A program made the position numbers and the translations under genes. A stretch of 64,000 nucleotides of DNA from a virus, in IMG/VR virus record IMGVR_UViG_3300005264_000830, positions 65,405-129,404 of that record. The stretch is one strand, 5' to 3'. The notes below the pieces were generated by a model. The model was not told the DNA's origin and searched no databases. It was given only the letters and a program-made list of their open reading frames with translations. Below are positions 51,081 through 60,315 of the stretch, in pieces (positions within the stretch are counted from its first letter, which is position 1; each line of letters opens with the position of its first letter).

Positions 51081-51710
51081 TGAAAACATTAGGTATATTA
51101 GGTGGAATGGGGCCACTAGCTACGGCATATTTTTATAAAGACATAGTTACTAACACAAAAGCAACTAAAGATTGGGAACATATAAGAGTATTTATAGATA
51201 GTAATGTGAACATACCTAGTAGAACACGGGCTTTATTATATAATGAAGAAAGCCCTACACGAGCGATGAAGGAAGCTTGTCTAGATTTAATGTCTATAGG
51301 GTGTGACGTAATAGCTGTACCATGTAATTCGGCCCACGCTTTTTTTAAAGATTGTAGCAAGACACTTGACAAACTTTAAAAATGTATTAATATTAGGTGG
51401 GTATAGTACTATTACGAGAAAACTTTACGATGACTTTTTAGATAATACTGTTTATCTAGATGATAATAAAATAGTTTATGATATAATAGAAGATATAAAA
51501 CTAAATAATATTAATTATAATAATATTGATGATTTATTTATACTTATAAATACTTTAGATATAGACAGTGTTTTGCTTGGATGTACTGAATTGCCAATAG
51601 TTTTTGAAGCAAAACTTAGAGATAATTTATTTTATGAAGTATTAGATGGAAACGAATTATATATTAAAGAGTTAATAAAAATGTGCGGAGGAGAAATTAA
51701 AGATGAATAA
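51080..51710 (+). pseudogene. Aspartate/glutamate racemase split across two frames
   Basis: LGILGGMGPLAT and PCNSAH lie in 51080..51379; IVARHL...VLILGG and GCTELP lie in the +1 frame from 51351; both catalytic Cys present; the linker segment appears to be missing. Confidence 0.8.
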
Positions 51711-52323
51711 CGTCGTTGAAACTTTTTGGAAGTCTAGGGAGGTTTACCCACCAGTAATACATAATTATCAGCGAAGATACATAGATTTGGGCATGGTGCT
51801 TAAGTATACAGATGGGGTCAGTTCTATATCAGATTTAGGTTGTGGTGAAGGACAACTTATCTTAATGTTAAGGGAGTTAACCAACATCAGCAAATTTTAT
51901 GCTTATGATTTGTCTATTACTTTTATAGGTAATTTGCTAAAAAGATGGGGAGCTGCTCCTGGTTTAGCTACTAGTGTTGCTAATTTTATAGAATCACCTA
52001 AAGAAAAAACTGACTTAAGTGTGTGTATGGGAGCAATACTTTATGTATTGAAGGATGAAGACTTAAGAACTATGTTATCTACTATAGATTCAGAAGTATT
52101 TTTATGTCGTATACCATGTAATCTAGAGAATAGAGTAGAAATTGATAAATTTTCTGAAGAGTTCAACTCAAATTATGCTGCAGTGTATAGAACAGTTTCA
52201 GAATATATAACTATATTATCTGAATTTTTTAGTATCGAATCAGTAGATAGGTGTTATCCAGATGAAATAGAGAGTGTTTATGGAACTAAACATTACTTTT
52301 TTATATGTAAAAATAGGAGATAG
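51703..52323 (+). CDS. Class I SAM-dependent methyltransferase
   Basis: SDLGCGEG, AYDLS and DL.VCMG...Y motifs. Confidence 0.8.
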   Translation: MNNVVETFWKSREVYPPVIHNYQRRYIDLGMVLKYTDGVSSISDLGCGEGQLILMLRELTNISKFYAYDLSITFIGNLLKRWGAAPGLATSVANFIESPKEKTDLSVCMGAILYVLKDEDLRTMLSTIDSEVFLCRIPCNLENRVEIDKFSEEFNSNYAAVYRTVSEYITILSEFFSIESVDRCYPDEIESVYGTKHYFFICKNRR

Positions 52324-52327
52324 TTAT

Positions 52328-52450
52328 ATGAAAAAAACAATATGTAAAAATTGGGAAGTAAACTACAAGTGTGTTAGTTGTGGCCAAAGTATAATGAATG
52401 CCACTAAAGTTGAAGTTATTTGTGATACATGTGGTAATAAATTTAAATAA
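52328..52450 (+). CDS. 40-aa zinc-ribbon protein (not in the ORF track)
   Basis: MKKTICKNWEVNYKCVSCGQSIMNATKVEVICDTCGNKFK; SD AGGAG. Confidence 0.55.
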   Translation: MKKTICKNWEVNYKCVSCGQSIMNATKVEVICDTCGNKFK

Positions 52451-52478
52451 GTACATCAATTAAACAGTAGAGGAAAAA

Positions 52479-53591
52479 ATGACAATAAATTTTCTAGATT
52501 TAAAAAAACAATACAGTACATTAGACATTCAAGATATTATGGGGAATATAGAAGAAGTAATTAGGTCAGCATCTTTTGTAGGAGGTAAACACTTAGATGA
52601 TTTTGAAAAGAATTTTGGTCTATTTAACGGTTCTCCTCACACAGTAGGAGTAGGTTCTGGAACAGATGCTTTAATTCTTTCTCTCTTGGCGCTAGGAATA
52701 GGTAAGGGTGACGAAGTAATAGTACCCGCTAATACTTTTATAGCCACAGCACTAGCAGTGACTCATGTGGGAGCAACTCCTGTGTTTGTAGATGTATGTC
52801 CAATTTCTTATTTAATTGATATAGATAAATTGGAAGAAGTAGTTACGACTAAAACTGCTGCTATTATCCCTGTACATTTATATGGTAATGCGGTATATAT
52901 GCCAGATATTATTAAATTTGCTGACAAACACTCATTGTATGTAATAGAGGATTGTGCTCAAGCAATTGGAGCTAGAGTTAATGGCAAGCGTGTTGGAACT
53001 TGGGGCGATGTAGGATGCTTTAGTTTTTACCCAGCTAAAAATTTAGGAGGTTTAGGTCAAGGAGGAGCAGTTCTTACTTCTGATACGACCCTCGCTAATA
53101 AAATTAGAAGTTTAGGCAATGTAGGTCGCAAAGAAGATTCTTGGTATGTGTATGATAAGGTTGGATACAACTCTAGATTAGATTCTATTAATGCGTTGTT
53201 TCTTGGGATGTGTTTAGAAAAGGTAGAGCACTGGAATACATTACGCAAAGAAGTAGCAAAACTATATTACAATAAGTTAAGAGCATTAACTTGGTTGAAG
53301 CTACCAACAATGGTAAAAGGTGGAGATCATGTGTACCATTTATATGAATTGTGCTTTAGAGATTTAGATACTAGAGATGCTGTTCAACAGTATTTACAAA
53401 GTAAGGGGATTTCTTCTGCGCTTCATTACCCAATTCCATGTCATAAACAAGAAATATATACACAGATTGAAACAGTGGATTTGCCAATAACAGAACGATT
53501 GGCAAACACTTTGTTGTCTGTACCGATGCATCCATTTATGGAAGAAAAAGAAATAGAACAAGTGTGCTCAGCAATAGTAGATTATAAATAA
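52479..53591 (+). CDS. DegT/DnrJ/EryC1/StrS PLP-dependent sugar aminotransferase (WbpE/GnnB/FdtB-like)
   Basis: SGTDAL, GDEVIVPANTFIAT, PVHLYG, EDCAQA.G, SFYPAKNLG..G.GG, GYNSRLD and HYP.P.H motifs. Confidence 0.93.
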   Translation: MTINFLDLKKQYSTLDIQDIMGNIEEVIRSASFVGGKHLDDFEKNFGLFNGSPHTVGVGSGTDALILSLLALGIGKGDEVIVPANTFIATALAVTHVGATPVFVDVCPISYLIDIDKLEEVVTTKTAAIIPVHLYGNAVYMPDIIKFADKHSLYVIEDCAQAIGARVNGKRVGTWGDVGCFSFYPAKNLGGLGQGGAVLTSDTTLANKIRSLGNVGRKEDSWYVYDKVGYNSRLDSINALFLGMCLEKVEHWNTLRKEVAKLYYNKLRALTWLKLPTMVKGGDHVYHLYELCFRDLDTRDAVQQYLQSKGISSALHYPIPCHKQEIYTQIETVDLPITERLANTLLSVPMHPFMEEKEIEQVCSAIVDYK

Positions 53592-53604
53592 TAGGAATTA
53601 AAAA

Positions 53605-54102
53605 ATGAATTTCAGTGATATAGAATTAATAGTAAGTGAAATAGATGGAATAATAACAGATGGCACCGTAGCATTAGATCATTTGAATTATACTCCATTT
53701 AAATTTTATTGTAATAGAGATTTTGAAGTAATAAATGAATTGAAACGTAATTTTACATTCGTATTTCTTTCTACAGATCCTTCTGTAAGCTATAATGTAA
53801 TGCGTAATAAAAATATACCATCATATTTTTCTTCAAAAAAAGAACCCAAATTAGAAATTTTAACTAAGAAAATTATGTCCAGATATAATATGAGACCAGA
53901 AAATCTTTTATATATTGGAAATACTCTATCTGATATACCTTGCATGAATTTAGCAGAGATTAGTTTTACTTTAAGAAGCTCAGTAAATAAAGTTATGGCT
54001 GCTTCTACAGGATTACTTGCTTCAGAGGCTGGTGATGGTGTGATTTGTGAAGTGTATGACATTTTATTAGAAGAGCAAGAAAAAAGAAAAAGAACCACTT
54101 GA
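53605..54102 (+). CDS. KdsC-like HAD-superfamily protein with altered motif I
   Basis: IVSEIDGIITDG (DxDG expected), F..RD, YIGN..SD and G.G.I.EV motifs. Confidence 0.75.
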   Translation: MNFSDIELIVSEIDGIITDGTVALDHLNYTPFKFYCNRDFEVINELKRNFTFVFLSTDPSVSYNVMRNKNIPSYFSSKKEPKLEILTKKIMSRYNMRPENLLYIGNTLSDIPCMNLAEISFTLRSSVNKVMAASTGLLASEAGDGVICEVYDILLEEQEKRKRTT

Positions 54103-54127
54103 CAACTGTTAAATTGTGTCTTATATT
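54099..54127 (+). promoter_or_regulatory. Sigma70-like promoter TTGACA-N17-TATATT
   Basis: The -35 box overlaps the TGA of the upstream gene; upstream of the methyltransferase. Confidence 0.65.
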
Positions 54128-54308
54128 AATTTAAAGAGGTGGTATTTTAAACTCAAAAAATCTACAGTTTTTAATACTTATAGTAAAAGAAACACATAAA
54201 AATCAGTTTAGAAAATTTTTATCTAAAGTTGACCATATAATAAAAACAATAACATTAGCAGATGTAATCAATAATACAAAAAGAACGATATGATTTTGGG
54301 AGTAACAT

Positions 54309-55859
54309 ATGAGTGCGAAACTATGTTTAGTAAAAGATAATTTAAATAAATTAAAAGAATTACATTCTGAATCTGTGGATTGTTTTTGTTACGATCCTTT
54401 ATATAATTCTAATAAATTATACGTCGGAACCCCATCGGATGATGGGTCAGTGCATGTTATGAAAGATATATGGAAAGGTGGACAAACCACTTATCTGTCA
54501 GATTTCAATAATCGAGCAAGAGAGATGTATAGAAGTTTAAAATCTAATGGTACTATTATTGTACATTGTGATCAGACTGTAGGATTTTATATATATACAG
54601 AACTAATTAATTTAAACATGTACCCAGTAAATACAATTATATGGTCTTACTCTGGTGGAGGGATCTCTAAAAGATTTTTACCTAATAAACATGACTATAT
54701 CCATGTGTTTTCAAAAACAAAAAAGAAAGAACTTTGGACATATAATCCTATCCAACGACACTATGCTAATAGTACTAAATCTTGTGGTAAACATAGTACA
54801 TACTCTGGAGGTTTAGATATAGATATAGAAAAAGGTACCCCATTAACTTCTGTATGGGATGTACGTAGTGATGAACAAGATAGGCTTCAAGCAAAAAGAG
54901 AAGGTTGGGGATGGGTATTTTCACCAGATTTTGGTCCTATAAAACCTGTTACTGGGTGGGCCAAAAGTCCTGGTACAGTATCTACTGAAAAACCTTTAGG
55001 ACTTTATAAAAGACTTATATACATATATACTAATGAGAATAATCTAGTAGTTGACCCTTATATGGGGGGAGGTACTACTTTATTAGCAGCTGCGGAATTA
55101 AAACGTAATACTATAGGTATGGATAGTGATGTAAATGCATATAAAAGAACTTGTGATAGATTGAGGTTGGCAGGTATAGAATATACTACAGATACTAAAG
55201 AATCTGACTGTGCTAACATAAATTATAATAGTTTAATACCTAAGATATGGGAAAAAAGAGTCATGGCTTTAGCGGAGTGTGACGAATTGACCCCTCCAGT
55301 TAATGATGGAGCTATAGATGGTATTAATCATAAAACAAAAGACTTTTGGGAGGCAAAGAAATATTCTAATAATGTAGGCGTGGTAAATGTTAGGAATTTT
55401 ATAGCAGGAATAGAGTCTAAGCAGTTTCTATTAGGTAAAGAGTACAATAGAGGAACTATGGTTACTCAGATCGGATATACACGATCTGCATATACTTTAG
55501 CAGATGAAGTAGCCAAACGTACTAAAGGCGATTTAACGATAAGATTATGGACACTAGAACAGTTACTTATTCATAAAAAGAAAAATCTATTACCAACAAT
55601 CAATATGTTTATCAGAAATAAAAGTATTGTTATAGAACTGGAAAATTTATATTATAGTATTAAAAAATATATTTGGAAAATAGAACAACATATTCCCTAT
55701 AATACAATATTCGATATTGGACCAAAATCAATTATAAAAAGCACCACTGAAAATGTTTTGTCTCTAGATGAGTATGATATGAAGACTTTTAATAGGATAA
55801 AATGTACATTAATTGACTCTGAGGGTCAAAAATTTATAAAATCGCTTCAATTAAAATAA
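54309..55859 (+). CDS. Beta-class N4/N6 DNA methyltransferase fused to an Mrr-like PD-(D/E)xK nuclease domain
   Basis: DPLYN (DPPY-like), TEKP..L, VVDPYMGGGTT; then DGAIDGI...WEAKKY...VG...VRNF...G..VT..GYT..A. Confidence 0.8.
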   Translation: MSAKLCLVKDNLNKLKELHSESVDCFCYDPLYNSNKLYVGTPSDDGSVHVMKDIWKGGQTTYLSDFNNRAREMYRSLKSNGTIIVHCDQTVGFYIYTELINLNMYPVNTIIWSYSGGGISKRFLPNKHDYIHVFSKTKKKELWTYNPIQRHYANSTKSCGKHSTYSGGLDIDIEKGTPLTSVWDVRSDEQDRLQAKREGWGWVFSPDFGPIKPVTGWAKSPGTVSTEKPLGLYKRLIYIYTNENNLVVDPYMGGGTTLLAAAELKRNTIGMDSDVNAYKRTCDRLRLAGIEYTTDTKESDCANINYNSLIPKIWEKRVMALAECDELTPPVNDGAIDGINHKTKDFWEAKKYSNNVGVVNVRNFIAGIESKQFLLGKEYNRGTMVTQIGYTRSAYTLADEVAKRTKGDLTIRLWTLEQLLIHKKKNLLPTINMFIRNKSIVIELENLYYSIKKYIWKIEQHIPYNTIFDIGPKSIIKSTTENVLSLDEYDMKTFNRIKCTLIDSEGQKFIKSLQLK

Positions 55860-55878
55860 ATAAATTCAAGGAAATAAT

Positions 55879-56934
55879 ATGTTAATAAAAAGATCCACTA
55901 GTAATGGTGCTAATGACCTTATAACTGTGTATAGACCGTGTACAGTTGATGAGATTGTAGGGCAAGAAGTAAATAAAAAATTAATTAAAAATAATTTAGC
56001 TAAAGGGACTATCCCACATAGTCTTTTGTTTACTGGCCCAGCTGGTTGTGGCAAAACTACATCAGCTAGGATAATTGCATTAGGTTTACAGTGTGAAAGT
56101 GCAGAAAAATCTACGGAAGAACCGTGCCTCAAATGTCAAAGTTGTAAGTCAATATTAAACCAAAGCAGTCTTGATGTAGTAGAAATTAATGTAGGAAAAT
56201 CTGGTGGAAAGGATGCAGTTGATAAAATTACAAATGATTTAGCTTACTCACCTTTAAATTCTAAATATAAAGTTTTAATATTTGATGAAGCGCACAAGTT
56301 AACTCCAGCAGCGCAAGAGCTACTTTTAAAACCAATTGAAGATGGGTTTTCTCACGTGTATTTTATTTTTTGTACAAATGAGCCAGAGAAACTAAAGAAA
56401 ACATTCTTAGATAGAAATAGAAGTATACATTTTGGAACCCTATCGGACGATCTTCTTAAAGGAATGCTCACAAATATTTGTGACTACGAAGGTATTCAAT
56501 ATGATACTAATATAATAAGTTATATTGTTAAAGTGGCAAAAGGCACCCCAAGAGTTGCAATAGGGCACTTAAAAAGTGTGATAGATGAATCAAGTTGGAA
56601 ATTAGAGGCTGTAAAATCTCTTTTAATTAATCAAAGTATCGATGAAGATAATCCAAATATAATGGAGATTGGTAAGCTACTTACAAGAGGTAGTTTTAAA
56701 GAGGTATTAAAAGTAATGAAGAAACTAAAAAATATACCAGAAGAAACTATTCGTATAGCGACTGCTGGATTTTTTACTAATAGATTAACTTGGTGTAGAT
56801 CTTTTGAAGAGGGGGATAGAATATCGGCTGTTTTAGATGTAATGACAAAACCTATATTAATGTCAGGCAAGCCCGCTTATCATGTACTTGTAAATAACTT
56901 TTATAAAGTTTCAAAAATAATGAAAGGTAGATAA
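55879..56934 (+). CDS. dnaX: Clamp loader, DNA polymerase III gamma/tau-like
   Basis: YRP....EIVGQ, LFTGPAGCGKTTSARI, C...PCLKCQSC, FDEAHKL, LLK..E and GTPR motifs. Confidence 0.9.
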   Translation: MLIKRSTSNGANDLITVYRPCTVDEIVGQEVNKKLIKNNLAKGTIPHSLLFTGPAGCGKTTSARIIALGLQCESAEKSTEEPCLKCQSCKSILNQSSLDVVEINVGKSGGKDAVDKITNDLAYSPLNSKYKVLIFDEAHKLTPAAQELLLKPIEDGFSHVYFIFCTNEPEKLKKTFLDRNRSIHFGTLSDDLLKGMLTNICDYEGIQYDTNIISYIVKVAKGTPRVAIGHLKSVIDESSWKLEAVKSLLINQSIDEDNPNIMEIGKLLTRGSFKEVLKVMKKLKNIPEETIRIATAGFFTNRLTWCRSFEEGDRISAVLDVMTKPILMSGKPAYHVLVNNFYKVSKIMKGR

Positions 56935-57216
56935 ATGAAATTGCCAGTAAATTATAATGAAATTAATTATATAAAAAGACGTACGGTTCGTAATGAGTAT
57001 ATCAAACGACAGAAAGGTAAGTGTGTTTATTGTGGAGAAACTTTAAATAAAAACCCTTGTTCGAGTGTGAGATGTAAACCAGTAAATAAAAAATTTTTTT
57101 CAGAAGGGTTTTTTAAGTGGCCAGTACATTTACATCATGATCATGTAACTGGTATGACTATCGGTGCAGTACATTGTTACTGTAATGCTGTTTTATGGCA
57201 GTACCATGGGGAATAG
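56935..57216 (+). CDS. Endonuclease VII-like His-Me finger protein
   Basis: QKGKCVYCG...HLHHDHVTG..IGAVHCYCN. Confidence 0.75.
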   Translation: MKLPVNYNEINYIKRRTVRNEYIKRQKGKCVYCGETLNKNPCSSVRCKPVNKKFFSEGFFKWPVHLHHDHVTGMTIGAVHCYCNAVLWQYHGE

Positions 57217-57226
57217 GAAAAAATAA

Positions 57227-60200
57227 ATGTCAGTATTCGAAATAAAAGAAAATTCATTACCAAAACCGAACTATGAGTATATAACTAATGGTGAAGATGT
57301 AGGTAGATGTATTGAAGAAATATTAAAATATAAATCTATTGAAGTAGACACTGAGACTACAGGATTTGACCCGTTTAGTAAGAAAATAGTTTTAGTTCAA
57401 ATAGGTATACCAAATAAATCTTTTGTATTCGATCCTAGATGTGACACAGAACATTCTAGTGTACACTTGGATCAATTGAAACCCGTGCTAGCTAATAAAG
57501 ATATATTAAAAATTCTACAGAATGCTGTATTTGATATGAAGATGCTAAAAGTACATGCAGGATATTATTTAGAAAATATATACGATACTATGCTTGTAGA
57601 ACAGTTATTTAATCTAGGAATATCAGCGCGTGGAGCCGGCTTAGCTGATTTAGTCAGAAAATATCTTGGGCTAGAGATGACAAAAGAACCTGCTAATACA
57701 TTTCAAAACTATAATCAAAAGTTTAAACCTTTTCAAATAGAGTACGCTGCTTCTGATGTAGCCATACTTACATTGATTAAAGATTTACAAGAACCAAGGT
57801 TAATATCTGAAGGGTTTGAGAATGTAAGTCAATTAGAGTTTAGATTTACTAAACCTATGTGTGAAATGGAATTGAATGGTATTACTATGGATGTTCCTAA
57901 GTGGAGACTTATGTTAAAAGAAATAGAGGCTGATAGAGATATGGAACAAGACGTTATTCAAAAACTATTAGCGGAAAATCATGGCCAAAATGTTATGTTT
58001 GGAGCACCTGTTATAAATATAAATAGCCCACCACAACTATTGAAATCATTGTCAAGTTATGGTTTGAGTTTAGATGGAACATCTGAAGGGGCTTTAAGTA
58101 AATTTAAAGGAGTTCCAGTCATAGATGCTTTACTTAAATACAGAAAACTTAATAAATTAATGTCTACTTATGGAGAATCTTTAATAGATCAAATAAATCC
58201 AATTACAGGCAGAGTGCATACTAGATTTAGACAGATGGTACAGACAGGTCGTATGTCTTCTAGTGCTCCTAATATGCAGAATATACCTAAGAATCAAAAG
58301 TATAGAAGTTGTTTTATTGCAAAGCCAGGGTATAGTTTAATTACTGCTGACATGAGTGGCGCAGAGCTTCGTATCCTAGGCAATATATCAGAGGACCCTG
58401 TATTTATAGAGTGTTATGCTAATGGGATAGATTTACATACAAGAACTGCTTCTGAGATATTCCATGTACCAATGGAGCAGGTAAAAGGTAAGATGCGGGG
58501 GTCAGCAAAAGCTGTAAATTTTGGACTTTGTATTTCACAAGATACTGAAATCATTACAAACTCTGGTATTAAGAAAATAAAAGATGCCAATATAGGAGAA
58601 TTAATAGCTAATGATTTAGGTAGTAATAAAATAATAGACACAAAATATATGGGAACAAAAGAAGTATTTAAGATAACTACTAGATTTGGTTACTCTATTG
58701 AGGCAACAGAAGATCATTTAATGAAAGTTATAAATAAAGATGGTAAGTACATAGATAAAAAATTAAGTGCTATAGACACTAAAGTAGATCAGCTTTGTTT
58801 AAAAATCAATTCTAATTTATTTAATACAGATAAGTACAAATTTGAAAATTTCAGTGTAAAAAGAGTAACTAACTATAAACATTTTGAACTGCCAACTACT
58901 TTAACAAAAGACTGGGCTGCATTTTTAGGAATTTTTATAGCAGAAGGTTGTTTACTAAAAGTTAAAGGAAGATCTAAATATGGAGTAACATCTTTTGGGT
59001 TTTCGAAAAGTGCATCTTCAGAATTTATTTCTAAAATAGATATATTATTTACTAAATTATTTAAAACTAGGTTAAGTAGAACAGAAACGATTGAAAAAGT
59101 ACATTATAATATAAATTCGGTTTTATTTTGTGAATGGTTATATAGTATCTTTAAATTTAATACTGGGTTAAAGACCGATACAATATTTATTCCAGAATGT
59201 ATAAAGATTAGTCCAAAGGATGTACAAATTGAGTTTTTAAGATGGCTGATGGAGGGTGATGGAACAATAAAGAAAAATGGTAATACATTAAAAATACAAT
59301 ACAGTAGTAAATCTATTAAACTAATTAATGATTTGCAGTTATTGTTTCTTAATTTAGGAATTGTTTCTTCTATTTTAGAAGAGACAAGAAAAAGCTACGC
59401 AGGGAATTTTTATTATGTTTTAGATATAATTACTAATAAATGTAAAAAAGTATTTATTGATACAGTTGGGTTTGTTACTAATTATAAAAATGATAAATAC
59501 ATTGTTAATAGTAAATATATAGAATCATCCTATATGTTAAGGAATCAAAATAAATTATTGAATAAAATGATTAAATCTATACCAAATAATTTAAAATCAA
59601 ATAGGCTTTATTATGATACTTTATATAATTGTATAAATTATAGTAATAATTCAATAGGAAATACTTCTTTAGAAAAACTTTACCAACTAGACGATTTTTT
59701 GAGGCACATGCATTCTAATGACATTATTGCTTTAGACATTTTAAGTATAAAATCAGCTGGGTTAAAAAAGGTATATGATATATCAGTGGACAAACATCAA
59801 TATTTTTTGGCAAATGGTTTTATAGTACATAACTGTTATGGGCTTTCTAAGTATGGATTAGCCGCAAGATTAGATATTTCAGAGAAAGAAGCAGATACTA
59901 TGATTACTACCTATTTTGAAAAATATAGTGGTGTAAAATCATACCTAGATAATGCTGCAAGAAATGCTGTAAAGAAAGGTTATTCTACAACAGTAAGTGG
60001 AAGAAAACGATTTTATAATGTACCACCGTATGGGCATCCTGATAGAAAGAAGAAGCAGCGCTCGGTTGAAAGAGCAGCCAAAAATGCCGGAATTCAAGGA
60101 GCTAATGCTGATACAATTATAGATGGTTTTGGTACTTACTTCAGTAAAATTCCAATGGAAACAGATGCCTTGGAAGGGCCGTGTTGGTTAAAAGGCTCTT

Positions 60201-60313
60201 GTGAGAACGATGTTGGCGGGAAAGAATGTGGATGTTCCAAAATGATTTTTGTAGAAGATAAGAAAAAAATAACTAAACTAGTATGCTCTAAGTGCGGGGC
60301 AGATCAGGAGTAA
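57227..60313 (+). CDS. polA: Family A DNA polymerase (3'-5' exo + pol) with an intein; motif C absent as assembled
   Basis: VDTETTG, NAVFD, DTM, YAASD, TGRMSS..PNMQNIP, motif A DMSGAELR, motif B KAVNFGL|CYG, and NAGIQG.NAD; no VHDE. Confidence 0.9.
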   Translation: MSVFEIKENSLPKPNYEYITNGEDVGRCIEEILKYKSIEVDTETTGFDPFSKKIVLVQIGIPNKSFVFDPRCDTEHSSVHLDQLKPVLANKDILKILQNAVFDMKMLKVHAGYYLENIYDTMLVEQLFNLGISARGAGLADLVRKYLGLEMTKEPANTFQNYNQKFKPFQIEYAASDVAILTLIKDLQEPRLISEGFENVSQLEFRFTKPMCEMELNGITMDVPKWRLMLKEIEADRDMEQDVIQKLLAENHGQNVMFGAPVININSPPQLLKSLSSYGLSLDGTSEGALSKFKGVPVIDALLKYRKLNKLMSTYGESLIDQINPITGRVHTRFRQMVQTGRMSSSAPNMQNIPKNQKYRSCFIAKPGYSLITADMSGAELRILGNISEDPVFIECYANGIDLHTRTASEIFHVPMEQVKGKMRGSAKAVNFGLCISQDTEIITNSGIKKIKDANIGELIANDLGSNKIIDTKYMGTKEVFKITTRFGYSIEATEDHLMKVINKDGKYIDKKLSAIDTKVDQLCLKINSNLFNTDKYKFENFSVKRVTNYKHFELPTTLTKDWAAFLGIFIAEGCLLKVKGRSKYGVTSFGFSKSASSEFISKIDILFTKLFKTRLSRTETIEKVHYNINSVLFCEWLYSIFKFNTGLKTDTIFIPECIKISPKDVQIEFLRWLMEGDGTIKKNGNTLKIQYSSKSIKLINDLQLLFLNLGIVSSILEETRKSYAGNFYYVLDIITNKCKKVFIDTVGFVTNYKNDKYIVNSKYIESSYMLRNQNKLLNKMIKSIPNNLKSNRLYYDTLYNCINYSNNSIGNTSLEKLYQLDDFLRHMHSNDIIALDILSIKSAGLKKVYDISVDKHQYFLANGFIVHNCYGLSKYGLAARLDISEKEADTMITTYFEKYSGVKSYLDNAARNAVKKGYSTTVSGRKRFYNVPPYGHPDRKKKQRSVERAAKNAGIQGANADTIIDGFGTYFSKIPMETDALEGPCWLKGSCENDVGGKECGCSKMIFVEDKKKITKLVCSKCGADQE
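58529..59833 (+). mobile_element. Intein (435 aa) with LAGLIDADG endonuclease in PolA motif B
   Basis: Starts CISQDTEI; ATEDH; FLGIFIAEG and FLRWLMEGDG; ends VYDISV...ANGFIVHN followed by Cys. Confidence 0.92.
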
Positions 60314-60315
60314 TA

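Noticed and set aside
51338-51353. T-run (GCT TTT TTT AAA GAT) as a programmed frameshift joining the racemase halves
   Set aside because: The downstream half is in the +1 frame, not -1, and a conserved linker would still be missing.
51366-51394. TTGACA-N17-AATATT promoter-like match
   Set aside because: It lies inside racemase coding sequence and the -10 lacks the first T; likely chance in AT-rich DNA.
54130-54293. Open frame ending ...IKTITLADVINN, reminiscent of an Rrf2-family C-terminus
   Set aside because: No start codon and the similarity is too short to support a call.
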